Assembly (NCBI GenBank): GCA_044372915.1
Contig: JBILRA010000001.1
Coordinates: 1 to 55,815 of the forward strand
DNA: 55,815 nt
Reading direction: 5' to 3'
Origin: Candidatus Planktophila sp.
Lineage (GTDB): Bacteria; Actinomycetota; Actinomycetes; Nanopelagicales; Nanopelagicaceae
The translations under genes and the position numbers were made by a program. Of the stretch, positions 44,970 to 55,264 are shown in pieces (the first letter of the stretch is position 1; each line of letters starts with the position of its first letter). Below the pieces are notes generated by a model. That model did not search any database and was not told the DNA's origin. It saw only the letters and a program-made list of their open reading frames with translations.

Positions 44970-46358
44970 ATGAAGAAAATACTTTCAGTAATGATTTTCT
45001 CGCTTCTTGCTGTGGGTGCAGTGCCCGCTCATGCTGCGACGCTATCTCGCATAGAAAGTGCGCCAGGACAGTCACAGTCTGACTGGGAAGCCACTGATGC
45101 ATACAAATCATTTATTTGTCCTGAAGGAGCACTTCGTGGAATTGGTGTAGATCTAAACTTCACAACTGATCGAAACGACGATAAACAATTCGTCACTTGC
45201 GATGAACCCTCTCCAACCGCGGCTGACGATGCAGACTTCAATCAAAGAACTCGTCAGGCATCAGCTGCTGCAGAAGTCGAGTCAATTGCTTACAGTGCAG
45301 CGAACCCTGGAAAGCAGAAATGTGTTCAGTGGGGTCCCATTGTTCATCGGAATGGTATTTCTACTTCCTCTGGTGGAGTGTGCGCAAATATTGTTCCTCT
45401 GTCGGTTTCATCTGAAACAAGCACTCCAAATAGTTTCTTAACTTCTGAATCGTCAACGGCTAAATCTGAGACATCAACGTCATCTGTCGTCATTGAGACT
45501 AGTACTCCAACAGTTACTCCAACGCCGACGGCAACTCCAACGCCAACGGCAGAGCCACGTGGTTTAGGCGGTTATGCAGTAATTCATCCAGATGGATATG
45601 TCTGCGGAGTCATCGTTGGAAATGCATACTTTGGTAATAACGATCGGACGATGACATCTGAATATATGGGTTGTCCGCTTGGCAGTGCGATTATCTTCCA
45701 AACTAAACCATCACCGACAGGAAATGTTGCGGGATGGCATGGTGCAAATGTCACCTATAGCAATGGAATATTTACCATCAAAAATGGTGCACAAGTTGCG
45801 ATGACCATCTCTGATGGAATAGCAACAGATTCAACTGGTCGCGTGTGGGATACAGGTTCTGGTGTCACACTTCGCGCAGCACCGGTTACGACACCAACGC
45901 TACCTGTTCTAAGTGAAACTTCGACGGCAACGAGTGCGCCATCTTCGGGCAGCGCTCCTTCGTCAGGAACAGCGCCATCAAGCGGAGCTATTGAGACCGC
46001 TACCGCAAGTGCAATTATTGCCTTTGAAACAACGACCGCGCTAATGCCAGTGGCAATTCCTGCAGCTGATACTGACTTAAGTACGCTTGATGAAATCTTC
46101 CCTGAAGAAGAAATTATCGATTCAGTTGACGCGGTTGTGCTCGCAAATGGAACCACCCGAATAGAAGTCAGTACTGGTCATAGTGCGGCAGCGATGAGAG
46201 TGGTCGCAAGCAAAAAAGGTGTAAAGAAAAAGTACACATACAGGTTCACAACAAATAGCGATGGCGAGCGGATATTCAGAGCCAGCCTTAATCTTCGTGG
46301 GTACACCCTCGTACTTATCAAGGGTTCAACCGAGCTCGATCGGATTATCGTTTCTTAA
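44970..46358 (+). CDS. Secreted Ser/Thr/Pro-rich modular hypothetical protein
   Basis: Signal peptide (PAHA), Cys-paired globular segments separated by SETST, TP and APSSG low-complexity linkers. Confidence 0.75.
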   Translation: MKKILSVMIFSLLAVGAVPAHAATLSRIESAPGQSQSDWEATDAYKSFICPEGALRGIGVDLNFTTDRNDDKQFVTCDEPSPTAADDADFNQRTRQASAAAEVESIAYSAANPGKQKCVQWGPIVHRNGISTSSGGVCANIVPLSVSSETSTPNSFLTSESSTAKSETSTSSVVIETSTPTVTPTPTATPTPTAEPRGLGGYAVIHPDGYVCGVIVGNAYFGNNDRTMTSEYMGCPLGSAIIFQTKPSPTGNVAGWHGANVTYSNGIFTIKNGAQVAMTISDGIATDSTGRVWDTGSGVTLRAAPVTTPTLPVLSETSTATSAPSSGSAPSSGTAPSSGAIETATASAIIAFETTTALMPVAIPAADTDLSTLDEIFPEEEIIDSVDAVVLANGTTRIEVSTGHSAAAMRVVASKKGVKKKYTYRFTTNSDGERIFRASLNLRGYTLVLIKGSTELDRIIVS

Positions 46359-46425
46359 CCACGATTTATCCCCAGCACCTTCGAATGTGTAGGAGCGCTA
46401 CTTACCTGCCATAAAAGATGCGCAG

Positions 46426-47058
46426 ATGAATCAGATTCGAAATACCTTAGACAACGCCCGCAACTGGTGGGAAGACCTCGCCTTTACATCGGTCCAGCGA
46501 AAGTCATTACTAGCGCTAGCCATTCTTATCATCGCTTCTTCTGGAGTTCTACTTCTCAGAGACGCTTCAGAGGAAGTAATTGCTGCAGAGGCGACTGAGA
46601 TTGAGATTGAGATGCCAGAGGCAGTGACTTTGCTGGTTGTCGATGTCGCTGGTGCGGTTCTTAACCCTGGTGTCTATTCTCTGCCCATTAATTCACGAGT
46701 GGTTGATGCAATCGCTGCCGCGGGAAACGTGCTTAAGGGAGCTGATGTATCAGATATAAACCTTGCGAGAATTCTTAAAGATGGTGAGCAGATCTATGTA
46801 TATGCAGCCTCTCGTGGATCAACATCATCACGCTCGACTGCACGCAGTGCTCCGCCACGAAATACAGGGCCAATTGCAATCAACAGAGCAAGTGCAAAAG
46901 AGTTAGAAGCGCTAGATGGAATAGGCCCTGTCTTAGCGTCGCGGATCATTGCTTATCGAAATGCGAATGGTCCATTTGTGACTCTTGAGGCGTTGTTGGA
47001 AGTGTCAGGAATTGGCCCAGCCAAGCTTGCTCAATTCAAAGAGAAGATTCGTCTCTGA
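46426..47058 (+). CDS. comEA: Competence DNA receptor ComEA
   Basis: TM, SLBB (VAGAV.NPGVY…RV.DAI) and HhH (LDGIGP…GIGP). Confidence 0.92.
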   Translation: MNQIRNTLDNARNWWEDLAFTSVQRKSLLALAILIIASSGVLLLRDASEEVIAAEATEIEIEMPEAVTLLVVDVAGAVLNPGVYSLPINSRVVDAIAAAGNVLKGADVSDINLARILKDGEQIYVYAASRGSTSSRSTARSAPPRNTGPIAINRASAKELEALDGIGPVLASRIIAYRNANGPFVTLEALLEVSGIGPAKLAQFKEKIRL

Positions 47059-49259
47059 GGGTTCGCCAATCTGATTATCGGGCGCTCTCACTAGGTGGAG
47101 CGATCTGGATCGGAACGCTCTTTCAAAGCTGGAGTAGGCCATGGGTAATTGCCTTCGGTCTACTTTTGCTTTCTCTCCTTGCCCTTGCCTCACATTCTGT
47201 GCGAGCACTTTTGCTGATTGCAGCAATAATTTTTGGGGCAACACTTATGTCATTCAGGCAATCCTCCCTTGAGGCTTCGATCTTAAGAGATCTCTATGGG
47301 AAGTCATTTGTTGTCACCGCTGTGTTAACAACTGATGCACATGCTCTAGCTCCACGAGTAATGGGGGATTCACTTGCCGAACAGAGCTACAGCGCACTGA
47401 TTCGGGTTATTGGTCTTGCAGATGGAGAGAAGATTTACGCACTGCGATCACCTGCTCGGTTAATTTCAACTGATGCTGCTATCAAAGAGTTACTTCCGGG
47501 ACAGAAACTGCGGCTTCGAGTAAGTGCGATGGCAAGTAAAGAGGGGAGAGTTGCTGCCTTATTAATAGGTAAAGGTGAAATTGTCGCGCTTACAGAAGCT
47601 TCACGTTGGGCTAAGGGACTTGATGCAATTCGTGATGGGTTACGAAGCGCGAGCGGAACAGGGGATTCTGGGGCGCTGATTCCAGGAATGGTGCTGGGGG
47701 ATACTTCGCTACAGAGCCAGAGCTTTAAAAATGAGATGCGCAGATCGGGGCTTACCCATTTAGTTGCCGTCAGCGGGGCAAACTTTGCCATTGTTTCAAC
47801 CTTCATTTTGTACCTCATGCAATTTGTGATTCGAAAAATTCCATTGCGCTTGGCTGTAACCGCACTCTTCCTGATCGCATTTATCGCACTAGTACGTCCA
47901 TCTCCATCAGTGCTGCGAGCAGCAGCGATGGCATCAGTTTTACTTCTTGCTCAAGGAACACATCGCGGGCGTGATTCATTGCCAGCACTTGGTTTTGCAA
48001 TCGGTGCGGTGATCGTTGCAGATCCGTGGCAGGTGCGCGATCCAGGTTTTGCACTCTCTGTTCTTGCGACAGCAGGGCTACTTTTGTTGGCACCACGTTT
48101 AGTTGAGAGTTTTTCAAAGAAGATTCCAAGACCGCTTGCGATTGTGATTGCTATCCCGCTTTCGGCGACGTTGTTCTGTACCCCTGTCATTGTTGCGATT
48201 TCAGGGCAGATCTCATTAATGAGCATCTTGGCAAATGTTCTAGCCGCCCCGGCGGTAGCACCAATAACTATCTTGGGATTCATTGCAGGAGTTATCTCTC
48301 CATTAGTACCTGCGGCATCAGGGATTTTGATCTGGTTTATCAAGCCATTAGCTACATGGATTGCGTGGATAGCATCCCTTATCTCAGATCTGCCACTTAT
48401 TACTCTGGCCACAGGTAGCAAGAGTTTCTTAATCATTGCCGGTGTTATCGCACTCGGATTCATTGTTAATCGCAAGGTGGTTATCGCAGCAGTCTTATTA
48501 ATCGTGATGGTCTCGTGGTTTCTTCGCTTTCCTGGTGGAGATTGGCAGGTTGCAAATTGCGATGTCGGTCAAGGAGATGCCATGGTGGTCAACCTGGGAA
48601 ATAATCGAGGAATTGTCCTTGATGTCGGCCCTGATCCCATTGCTCTTGATCGCTGCCTGCATCAATTGGGAATTAAGAAGATTGAATTGTTAATAATGAG
48701 TCATAGCCATGCAGACCACGTAGGGGGATATGCAGGTGCTGCAGATGGACGAAAGATCGCAATGCAATGGTATGGAAATGTTCGCAGCGGAACACGGGCC
48801 ACCCTTCAAAGTACGCGCGGTGAGGTAACAGTTGAAGTTCTATGGCCACAAGGGCAGTGGGCAGAAGATCAAGAGAGTGATCCGAATAATTCGAGCATCG
48901 CAGTGATTCTGCGGTCACCAGATTTCTCACTCTTTGCCGGGGGCGATATCGAGCCAGAGAGTCAGGGCGAAATCGCATCCCTGATTGGCAAAGTTGATAT
49001 CTACAAAGTCTCCCACCACGGATCTAAATTTCAGGATGAGGGTTTCACGCGTGCACTCTCACCAAGGATCTCAATCATTAGCGTGGGTGCTGGCAATACA
49101 TACGGCCACCCAGCCCCACAAACAATCGATGCGTTGACTAGACTCGGCTCACGGGTCTTACGTACCGATCTCGACGGCGCAATTGCGATTAAGGTACGTG
49201 GAAACAAGTTTATTGTTCGCACAAATAGAAGTGGTTTTGCCCTTCTTCGATGGGGCTAG
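47055..49259 (+). CDS. comEC: Competence DNA uptake channel ComEC/Rec2
   Basis: GLTHLVAVSGAN, PSVLRAA, DVGQGD, SH.HADH and HHGS motifs. The frame is open back to CTG 47055 (ORF track starts at 47166). Confidence 0.9.
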   Translation: MRVRQSDYRALSLGGAIWIGTLFQSWSRPWVIAFGLLLLSLLALASHSVRALLLIAAIIFGATLMSFRQSSLEASILRDLYGKSFVVTAVLTTDAHALAPRVMGDSLAEQSYSALIRVIGLADGEKIYALRSPARLISTDAAIKELLPGQKLRLRVSAMASKEGRVAALLIGKGEIVALTEASRWAKGLDAIRDGLRSASGTGDSGALIPGMVLGDTSLQSQSFKNEMRRSGLTHLVAVSGANFAIVSTFILYLMQFVIRKIPLRLAVTALFLIAFIALVRPSPSVLRAAAMASVLLLAQGTHRGRDSLPALGFAIGAVIVADPWQVRDPGFALSVLATAGLLLLAPRLVESFSKKIPRPLAIVIAIPLSATLFCTPVIVAISGQISLMSILANVLAAPAVAPITILGFIAGVISPLVPAASGILIWFIKPLATWIAWIASLISDLPLITLATGSKSFLIIAGVIALGFIVNRKVVIAAVLLIVMVSWFLRFPGGDWQVANCDVGQGDAMVVNLGNNRGIVLDVGPDPIALDRCLHQLGIKKIELLIMSHSHADHVGGYAGAADGRKIAMQWYGNVRSGTRATLQSTRGEVTVEVLWPQGQWAEDQESDPNNSSIAVILRSPDFSLFAGGDIEPESQGEIASLIGKVDIYKVSHHGSKFQDEGFTRALSPRISIISVGAGNTYGHPAPQTIDALTRLGSRVLRTDLDGAIAIKVRGNKFIVRTNRSGFALLRWG

Positions 49260-49285
49260 GTTCGCTAGGGCTAGGTTAACTAGGG
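49253..49285 (+). repeat. 15-bp tandem duplication GGGCTAGGTT(CG/AA)CTA
   Basis: 49253-49267 and 49268-49282 are 13/15 identical; spans the comEC stop and the holA upstream region. Confidence 0.6.
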
Positions 49286-49301
49286 TTGGAAAGGGAGATC
49301 G

Positions 49302-50255
49302 ATGAAATCGCTCTATCTCTTACTTGGATCAGAGCCAGCGCTAGCAGAGCGAGCGTTAGCAAAGATTGTGGCAGAGCTTAAGCAAGAGAAGTGTGAAATG
49401 ACCACGATCTCTTCACCCGATGCACTCATGGGTGATATCTCTGATGCTCTCGCTCCTTCACTATTTTCAGAACGACGTGCGCTAATCATTAAAGATCTGC
49501 AAGACCTTCCTGAAGAATCACGCGATGAAATAACCAGATATCTATCAGCGCCAGATGAACTTACAACGCTGATCTTTCTACATAAGGGTGGCGTGAAAGG
49601 TAAGGCGTTACTTGATGTAATCAAAAAAGCAAAACCAGAAATCATTTCGTGTGATCCACTTAAGAAAGAGTCAGAGAAGGAAGAGTTTGTGAAATCGCTC
49701 TTCCTTGATGCTCACCGCAAAGCTACACCGGGTGCAATCACGGCCCTAGTTGGCGCACTCGGCAGCGATATGCGCGAACTTCAAGCGGCGGTCTCACAAA
49801 TTTGTCTTGATGCACAATCAGGAAAAACTATTGACGAAGCGATGATTGATACCTTCCATCAAGGTCGTTTAGAGACCACAGGATTTGATGTTGCCGATGC
49901 AACACTTGATGGAAATCTTGCGCAAGCCCTAGTCGCTCTTCGTAGTGCGCTAGAAACTGGGACAGATCCAGTCATGATCACAAGTGCACTTGCATCTAAT
50001 CTGCGATCCCTGGCAAAGGTCAGTGGTGTCAATCGAGGCGCACGTTCATTTGATGTCGCAGGTGAACTAGGTATGGCTCCCTGGCAGATTGATAAGGCGC
50101 GCAGACAGCTGGCCGGTTGGAGCCCTCGATCGATTGCAAAGGCGGTTCAAGCTCTGGCGCTGGCAGATGCGCAGGTGAAAGGCGCTGCCTCTGATCCAAT
50201 CTTCGCGCTAGAGAAGGCGCTAGCCACGATTACAGCCGCTCGCGCTGCCGGTTAG
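49302..50255 (+). CDS. holA: DNA polymerase III delta subunit
   Basis: PSLF.ERR, GM.PWQ and AD.QVKG; comEC-holA synteny. Confidence 0.92.
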   Translation: MKSLYLLLGSEPALAERALAKIVAELKQEKCEMTTISSPDALMGDISDALAPSLFSERRALIIKDLQDLPEESRDEITRYLSAPDELTTLIFLHKGGVKGKALLDVIKKAKPEIISCDPLKKESEKEEFVKSLFLDAHRKATPGAITALVGALGSDMRELQAAVSQICLDAQSGKTIDEAMIDTFHQGRLETTGFDVADATLDGNLAQALVALRSALETGTDPVMITSALASNLRSLAKVSGVNRGARSFDVAGELGMAPWQIDKARRQLAGWSPRSIAKAVQALALADAQVKGAASDPIFALEKALATITAARAAG

Positions 50256-50361
50256 GGCGAGAATTCCCGATTTGAGGCGAGAGTAGGTGGGCTGATAACC
50301 TTCACGCCTGCACCCAGCCCACCGGCTAGGTCACCAACTAAGAAAAGTCGGAGTTCACCAC

Positions 50362-50631
50362 GTGGCAAATATCAAGTCTCAGATCAAGCGAGTAAAGACA
50401 AACGAGAAGGCTCGCCTTCGTAACAAGTCTGTCTCCTCTTCAATCAAGACCGCCGTTCGTCGCTTCCGCGATGCAATCAAAGGTGGAGACTCTGCTGTGA
50501 TCACCACCGAACTTCGCACCGCTTCACAGGCGCTCGATGTTGCAGTAGCAAAGGGTGTAATTCACAAGAACAATGCTGCAAATAAGAAGTCTTCAATGGC
50601 TAAGGCAGCTGCCAAAGCCGGCGCTCGTTAA
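50362..50631 (+). CDS. rpsT: 30S ribosomal protein S20
   Basis: ANIKSQIKR…KGVIHKN.AANKKS. Confidence 0.97.
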   Translation: MANIKSQIKRVKTNEKARLRNKSVSSSIKTAVRRFRDAIKGGDSAVITTELRTASQALDVAVAKGVIHKNNAANKKSSMAKAAAKAGAR

Positions 50632-50665
50632 TTTAACTAGTAACGCCTAACAAGGGGCCACACAC

Positions 50666-52546
50666 GTGCCTGCAATCCAAATAAGTAAGGCGCCTCAACC
50701 TGCCGCGACCAATCCTGCACAGATTCGAAATTTTTGCATCATCGCACACATCGATCACGGTAAATCTACTCTTGCCGATCGCATGCTTGGAATTACAGAA
50801 GTAGTCGAAGCGCGAAACATGCGTGCGCAATATCTGGATCGTATGGATATCGAACGCGAACGCGGAATCACCATTAAGTCACAAGCAGTTCGCCTTCCAT
50901 GGCGCAGCGGTCTCGATGGTCAGGAATACATCCTGAATATGATCGACACGCCTGGTCACGTTGACTTTACCTACGAAGTATCGCGCTCGCTAGCAGCATG
51001 CGAAGGTGCTGTCTTGCTCGTTGATTGCGCACAAGGAATCGAAGCACAGACACTTGCAAACCTTTACCTTGCGATGGAGAACAACCTCACCATTATTCCC
51101 GTGCTCAATAAGATCGATCTTCCAAATGCGCAGCCAGAGAAATTTGCACAAGAACTTGCCAATCTCATCGGATGTAAGCCAGAAGATTGTCTGCGAGTTT
51201 CAGGAAAAACTGGTGATGGCGTTGCAGATCTACTCGATCAAATCATTGCGCAGATTCCCGCACCTGTAGGTGATCCAAATGCACCTGCTCGCGCATTGAT
51301 CTTCGACTCAGTCTATGATGCCTATCGCGGCGTGGTTACATACGTTCGTGTAGTTGATGGACATTTAAATCCACGCGAACAGATTCAGATGTATTCAACC
51401 GGTGTTCGCCATGAAGCCCTTGAAGTCGGCGTTATTTCACCAGAGCCACTTCCAAGTAAAGGCCTTGGTGTTGGCGAAGTGGGATATTTGATTACAGGTG
51501 TAAAAGATGTTCGCCAGTCACGTGTAGGTGACACAATTACAACCTATCAAAATCCAACAACAAACCCACTTGCTGGATATAAAGATCCCAAGCCGATGGT
51601 CTTCGCAGGTCTCTTCCCATTAGATGGCGCCGACTTTCCTCTCTTGCGCGATGCACTCGATAAATTGCAACTCAACGATGCCGCTCTCGTTTATGAGCCA
51701 GAGAGCTCAGCAGCGCTCGGCTTCGGTTTCCGTTGCGGCTTCCTAGGGCTACTGCATATGGAAATTGTTCGCGAACGCCTAGAACGCGAATCGAAAATCT
51801 CTCTTATCTCAACGGCGCCAAACGTGGTCTATCAAGTAACTCTTGAAGATGGCAAGAAATTCGTTGTTACCAATCCTTCAGAGTTTCCTGATGGGAAAAT
51901 CAACACTGTTGAAGAACCAATTGTGAAGGCGACAATCCTTGCCCCCTCAGATTTTATCGGCGTGATTATGGAGCTCTGCCAAGATCGTCGCGGTTCATTG
52001 CTTGGCATGGATTACATCTCAGAAGATCGCGTTGAGATCCGCTACACCTTGCCACTTGCAGAGATTGTCTTTGACTTCTTTGATCAACTTAAGAGCCGCA
52101 CAAAGGGTTATGCCTCCCTTGATTATGAAGAGATTGGCGATGAGCCAGGACAACTCGTGAAGGTCGATATCTTGTTACAGGGCGAAGCAGTGGATGCATT
52201 TAGCGCAATTGTGCACCGTGATAAGGCCTATGCCTATGGTGTGATGATGACCGGCAAACTACGCGAGCTCATTCCTCGTCAACAGTTTGAAGTCCCTATT
52301 CAAGCGGCGATTGGCTCTCGCATTATCGCTCGCGAATCAATCCGTGCCATGCGCAAAGACGTTCTTGCAAAGTGTTACGGTGGAGATATTTCTCGTAAGC
52401 GCAAACTTCTTGAAAAGCAGAAAGAAGGAAAGAAGCGCATGAAGATGGTGGGACGCGTTGAAGTTCCACAAGAAGCATTCGTGGCCGCCCTTGCAACAGA
52501 TGCTGATATCGAAAAGATTAAAGCCGCTCGAAAAGCAGAAGGTTAA
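50666..52546 (+). CDS. lepA: Elongation factor 4
   Basis: [18 protein letters not shown] and KCYGGD.SRK motifs. Confidence 0.98.
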   Translation: MPAIQISKAPQPAATNPAQIRNFCIIAHIDHGKSTLADRMLGITEVVEARNMRAQYLDRMDIERERGITIKSQAVRLPWRSGLDGQEYILNMIDTPGHVDFTYEVSRSLAACEGAVLLVDCAQGIEAQTLANLYLAMENNLTIIPVLNKIDLPNAQPEKFAQELANLIGCKPEDCLRVSGKTGDGVADLLDQIIAQIPAPVGDPNAPARALIFDSVYDAYRGVVTYVRVVDGHLNPREQIQMYSTGVRHEALEVGVISPEPLPSKGLGVGEVGYLITGVKDVRQSRVGDTITTYQNPTTNPLAGYKDPKPMVFAGLFPLDGADFPLLRDALDKLQLNDAALVYEPESSAALGFGFRCGFLGLLHMEIVRERLERESKISLISTAPNVVYQVTLEDGKKFVVTNPSEFPDGKINTVEEPIVKATILAPSDFIGVIMELCQDRRGSLLGMDYISEDRVEIRYTLPLAEIVFDFFDQLKSRTKGYASLDYEEIGDEPGQLVKVDILLQGEAVDAFSAIVHRDKAYAYGVMMTGKLRELIPRQQFEVPIQAAIGSRIIARESIRAMRKDVLAKCYGGDISRKRKLLEKQKEGKKRMKMVGRVEVPQEAFVAALATDADIEKIKAARKAEG

Positions 52547-52585
52547 ACCCTCTGCTTGTCTTCTAATGAATAGAAAGGCTGGTGT

Positions 52586-53578
52586 ATGAAATTCTCTCGA
52601 ATCAGCGCTCAGCCGTTCATCCCTCGACTTGAAGGAACTTTTCATAGTCAGTTGGTGGCTAATCCGGATCTCCTAGAGTTCAAAGAGGGTTTGTACCTGT
52701 TCTTTCGGGGCCAAGATGAACGAGGTCACGATCAAATTGGCATGTGGAGGCAGCCAATCGCAGTTGCTGATGGTTACACATGGGAGCAGAAGAACTCTGA
52801 GCCCATCATCAAAGTCTCTGTTGATCCCGCTGCCCATGATTCGAATCATATTTTGGATCCAGCAGCCATTGAATTTAACGGAATGATCTATCTCTACTAC
52901 ACCTCAAAGTCACAAAGAAGCAAAAATGAGTATTCGATCTCGCTTGCAATTTCGGGTGATGGGCAAAGTTATGAAAAGTATGGAAGTGCGCCAGTTCTAC
53001 CTGGAGTTATCGCGCCAGAAGTTGTTTACCGAGATGGATATATCTACCTCTTCTTCCAACGCCATAATGTTGAGAAAGATTGCTGGGAAATCTATTTCAG
53101 AACAAGTGAAGACGGGAAATTTTTTTCCGAAGAGACCGAACGTTTGGTCTTTGAACCTCACACATCTGCGCAAACAATAGATTCCAAGAGTGTTGCAACA
53201 GTTCGAATTTTTGAAGAAAATGAAATCTACTACATGTTCTATGCGGCATGTAAAACGTTTTTAGATTATCCAGAAAGTATTGGAATGGCTAGGAGTACTG
53301 ATTTGATTAGTTGGGAAAGATATCCTGACAACCCGGTTTTCACGCGCGGTGAAATTGGGCAATGGGACGAAGGGGCAATTTGGTATCCAACAATCTACAA
53401 TTTTAAAGGAAGGTACCTAATGTTTTATGAGGGTGCCGGAGTTGGACTAGGTATCGAATCAGAAGACGCACAAAATGCCTCACAAAAGGCACGCAATGAA
53501 AATTATGGAGCTTACTTAGAGACGAGCTTTTCTCAAATCGGACTTTCATTCTATGAAGGCGCAATGCCCAAGTGGTGA
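52586..53578 (+). CDS. Five-bladed beta-propeller glycoside hydrolase-like protein (GH32/43/117/130 superfamily)
   Basis: Repeated blades (NP…YLFF, DP…YLYY, APEV…YLFF, IGMARSTDL.SWERY..NPV, WD…YP…LMFYEG); no signal peptide. Confidence 0.72.
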   Translation: MKFSRISAQPFIPRLEGTFHSQLVANPDLLEFKEGLYLFFRGQDERGHDQIGMWRQPIAVADGYTWEQKNSEPIIKVSVDPAAHDSNHILDPAAIEFNGMIYLYYTSKSQRSKNEYSISLAISGDGQSYEKYGSAPVLPGVIAPEVVYRDGYIYLFFQRHNVEKDCWEIYFRTSEDGKFFSEETERLVFEPHTSAQTIDSKSVATVRIFEENEIYYMFYAACKTFLDYPESIGMARSTDLISWERYPDNPVFTRGEIGQWDEGAIWYPTIYNFKGRYLMFYEGAGVGLGIESEDAQNASQKARNENYGAYLETSFSQIGLSFYEGAMPKW

Positions 53579-53633
53579 ATTTAAGTATGAGTATTGAAGG
53601 TGAGATTTAGATATTAAAGGAGTCGCAATTGGA

Positions 53634-53696
53634 GTGACACTTTCCATTTACGTCCAACTTCTCTATTGCATTAAGCGATGTCGGTAAACGACATCA
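53634..53696 (+). pseudogene. Degenerate duplicate of the hemW 5' end
   Basis: VTLSIYVQLLYCIKRCR* versus intact VTLSFYVHIPYCIKRCGY; 45 of 54 nt identical to 55346-55399 (hand count). Confidence 0.88.
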
Positions 53697-53833
53697 CAAA
53701 GGTTTTTGCCTCCATGAGGATTATTGTTTAACTGAAAAAGCATCATGCTTACTATTGAGGCATTTCGATCGGTAAGCGCGGCAGTTACGGTTTAAAGTCT
53801 CTTAAGACTTGATCTGTCCATTACTCTTTTAGA

Positions 53834-55264
53834 ATGAAATTTAAGAGGGCCATTACCAAAGGACTTTTAGTTGCCTTCATCCTTATCCTGGTTCCAGTTA
53901 CGGCCTTTCCTGCCCAGAAAATATCTCCTGGGTCTGCTTGTAAGGTTTTTAAACAGAAAGCTACTAATCAAAATAAGGTTTTTACTTGTATCAAATCTGG
54001 TAAGAAGTTGGTGTGGAATAAAGGCACGATTGTTAGGAAACCAGCTCCAACACCCACGCCAACACCCACGCCAACACCCACGCCAACACCCACGCCAACA
54101 CCCACGCCAACACCCACGCCAACATTAAGTTTTCCAGTCAGTGGGAGCGATTCCCTACTTTCTCCAAGCGTTTGCAGGCTTTCTGACTCAAGTGGAAACA
54201 ACTTTCATTTAGGATTTCCAATAACTCCAATAATTAAGGATCTGACTCAGATTAGTGTTTTTGCAATTCCTTTTGAGTTCACCGATAGCGAGAATTACAG
54301 GATTTCTAATGATCAGACAACCAAAATGTTTGAATCAATTTATAAATATTATCTACAAGAGTCCTACGGTAAAACAAAATTGGCATTTACACTACCTCCC
54401 GTCACCGCTGACCCAGGAAAGATACAAGCGTTATCTTTAGGAGTAGAAGCCAAGGACTCACCAATTACAAAACCGTTCAGTTATCTTGACATGACTTCCT
54501 TTATAAATCAGTTACTTGCGAAAACACCTAAGAGTTGGAATCTAGAAAGTTATGATGCTGTTGTGTTGTATTCTCAAGATTATAGAACTTTTAATTTTTT
54601 AGGAGGTCAAGGATGGCGTGGCACCGAGAACTCAATCCTTGGACAAGTGCCGTTTGACTCACCCAGTGGAAAGATACGATCACTAGTCTTCGGTAGTGGA
54701 ATTCCAACAGTAATGACGCATGAGCTAGGTCATTCTTTGTTTGGATTTATTGATCTATACGATCAAAGCGCCGGTCAATCTTTTGCGCAAGGTTGGGGAC
54801 TTATGGCAGCCGCATATTCAGGGGAGATGAATTTGCGAGGATGGGAAAAATGGTTGACTGGATGGATTTCTCCAGAAGAAGTTCGTTGTACCAAATCGGA
54901 TTCAACACATTTCCTAGAGTTTATTCCGAGCCAAGCCAATTCTCCTAAATTGCTGATACATCCATTAGATAACCACAGGGCAGTAGTTGTGGAAGCGATT
55001 AACACCGATTTAATTGCACAAGAGAGTAATGGGATATTAGTTTTCTGTGATAAATCTTCGTCATGCCAGGCGAATAAATCAACAGGACTGCTGGCATACA
55101 CTGTTGACGTGAGTAAGTTGAGTGCGCTTGGGGTAATTGTGGTTCCTGAGACTCTCAAATTCCCAAATCTACTTGCTGAGAGTAAAGATGTCTCTATCGG
55201 GGGATTACTGATTAAAAACTTAGGGTGCGATATGAGGGGATGTTTTGTCTCAATAGAAAGCTAA
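53834..55264 (+). CDS. Secreted zinc metalloprotease, M6/immune-inhibitor-A-like, with N-terminal Cys module and PT linker
   Basis: Signal peptide, YY.QESYGK, HELGH.LFGF.DLY, WGLM and WEKW..GWI motifs. Confidence 0.8.
   Translation: MKFKRAITKGLLVAFILILVPVTAFPAQKISPGSACKVFKQKATNQNKVFTCIKSGKKLVWNKGTIVRKPAPTPTPTPTPTPTPTPTPTPTPTPTPTLSFPVSGSDSLLSPSVCRLSDSSGNNFHLGFPITPIIKDLTQISVFAIPFEFTDSENYRISNDQTTKMFESIYKYYLQESYGKTKLAFTLPPVTADPGKIQALSLGVEAKDSPITKPFSYLDMTSFINQLLAKTPKSWNLESYDAVVLYSQDYRTFNFLGGQGWRGTENSILGQVPFDSPSGKIRSLVFGSGIPTVMTHELGHSLFGFIDLYDQSAGQSFAQGWGLMAAAYSGEMNLRGWEKWLTGWISPEEVRCTKSDSTHFLEFIPSQANSPKLLIHPLDNHRAVVVEAINTDLIAQESNGILVFCDKSSSCQANKSTGLLAYTVDVSKLSALGVIVVPETLKFPNLLAESKDVSIGGLLIKNLGCDMRGCFVSIES
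54047..54124 (+). repeat. Perfect 12-bp tandem repeat CCAACACCCACG x6.5 (encodes a PT linker)
   Basis: Units start at 54047, 54059, 54071, 54083, 54095 and 54107, then a half unit. Confidence 0.95.

Noticed and set aside
53738-53812. Short palindromes AAGCAT-C-ATGCTT and AAGTCT-CTTA-AGACTT upstream of the protease, as IS ends or attC-like sites
   Set aside because: 6-bp arms are expected by chance in AT-rich spacers, and I found no matching copy at the other end of the cassette.
54047-54124. Perfect tandem repeat as a possible CRISPR array
   Set aside because: No spacers, 12-bp in-frame unit encoding a PT linker, no cas genes.
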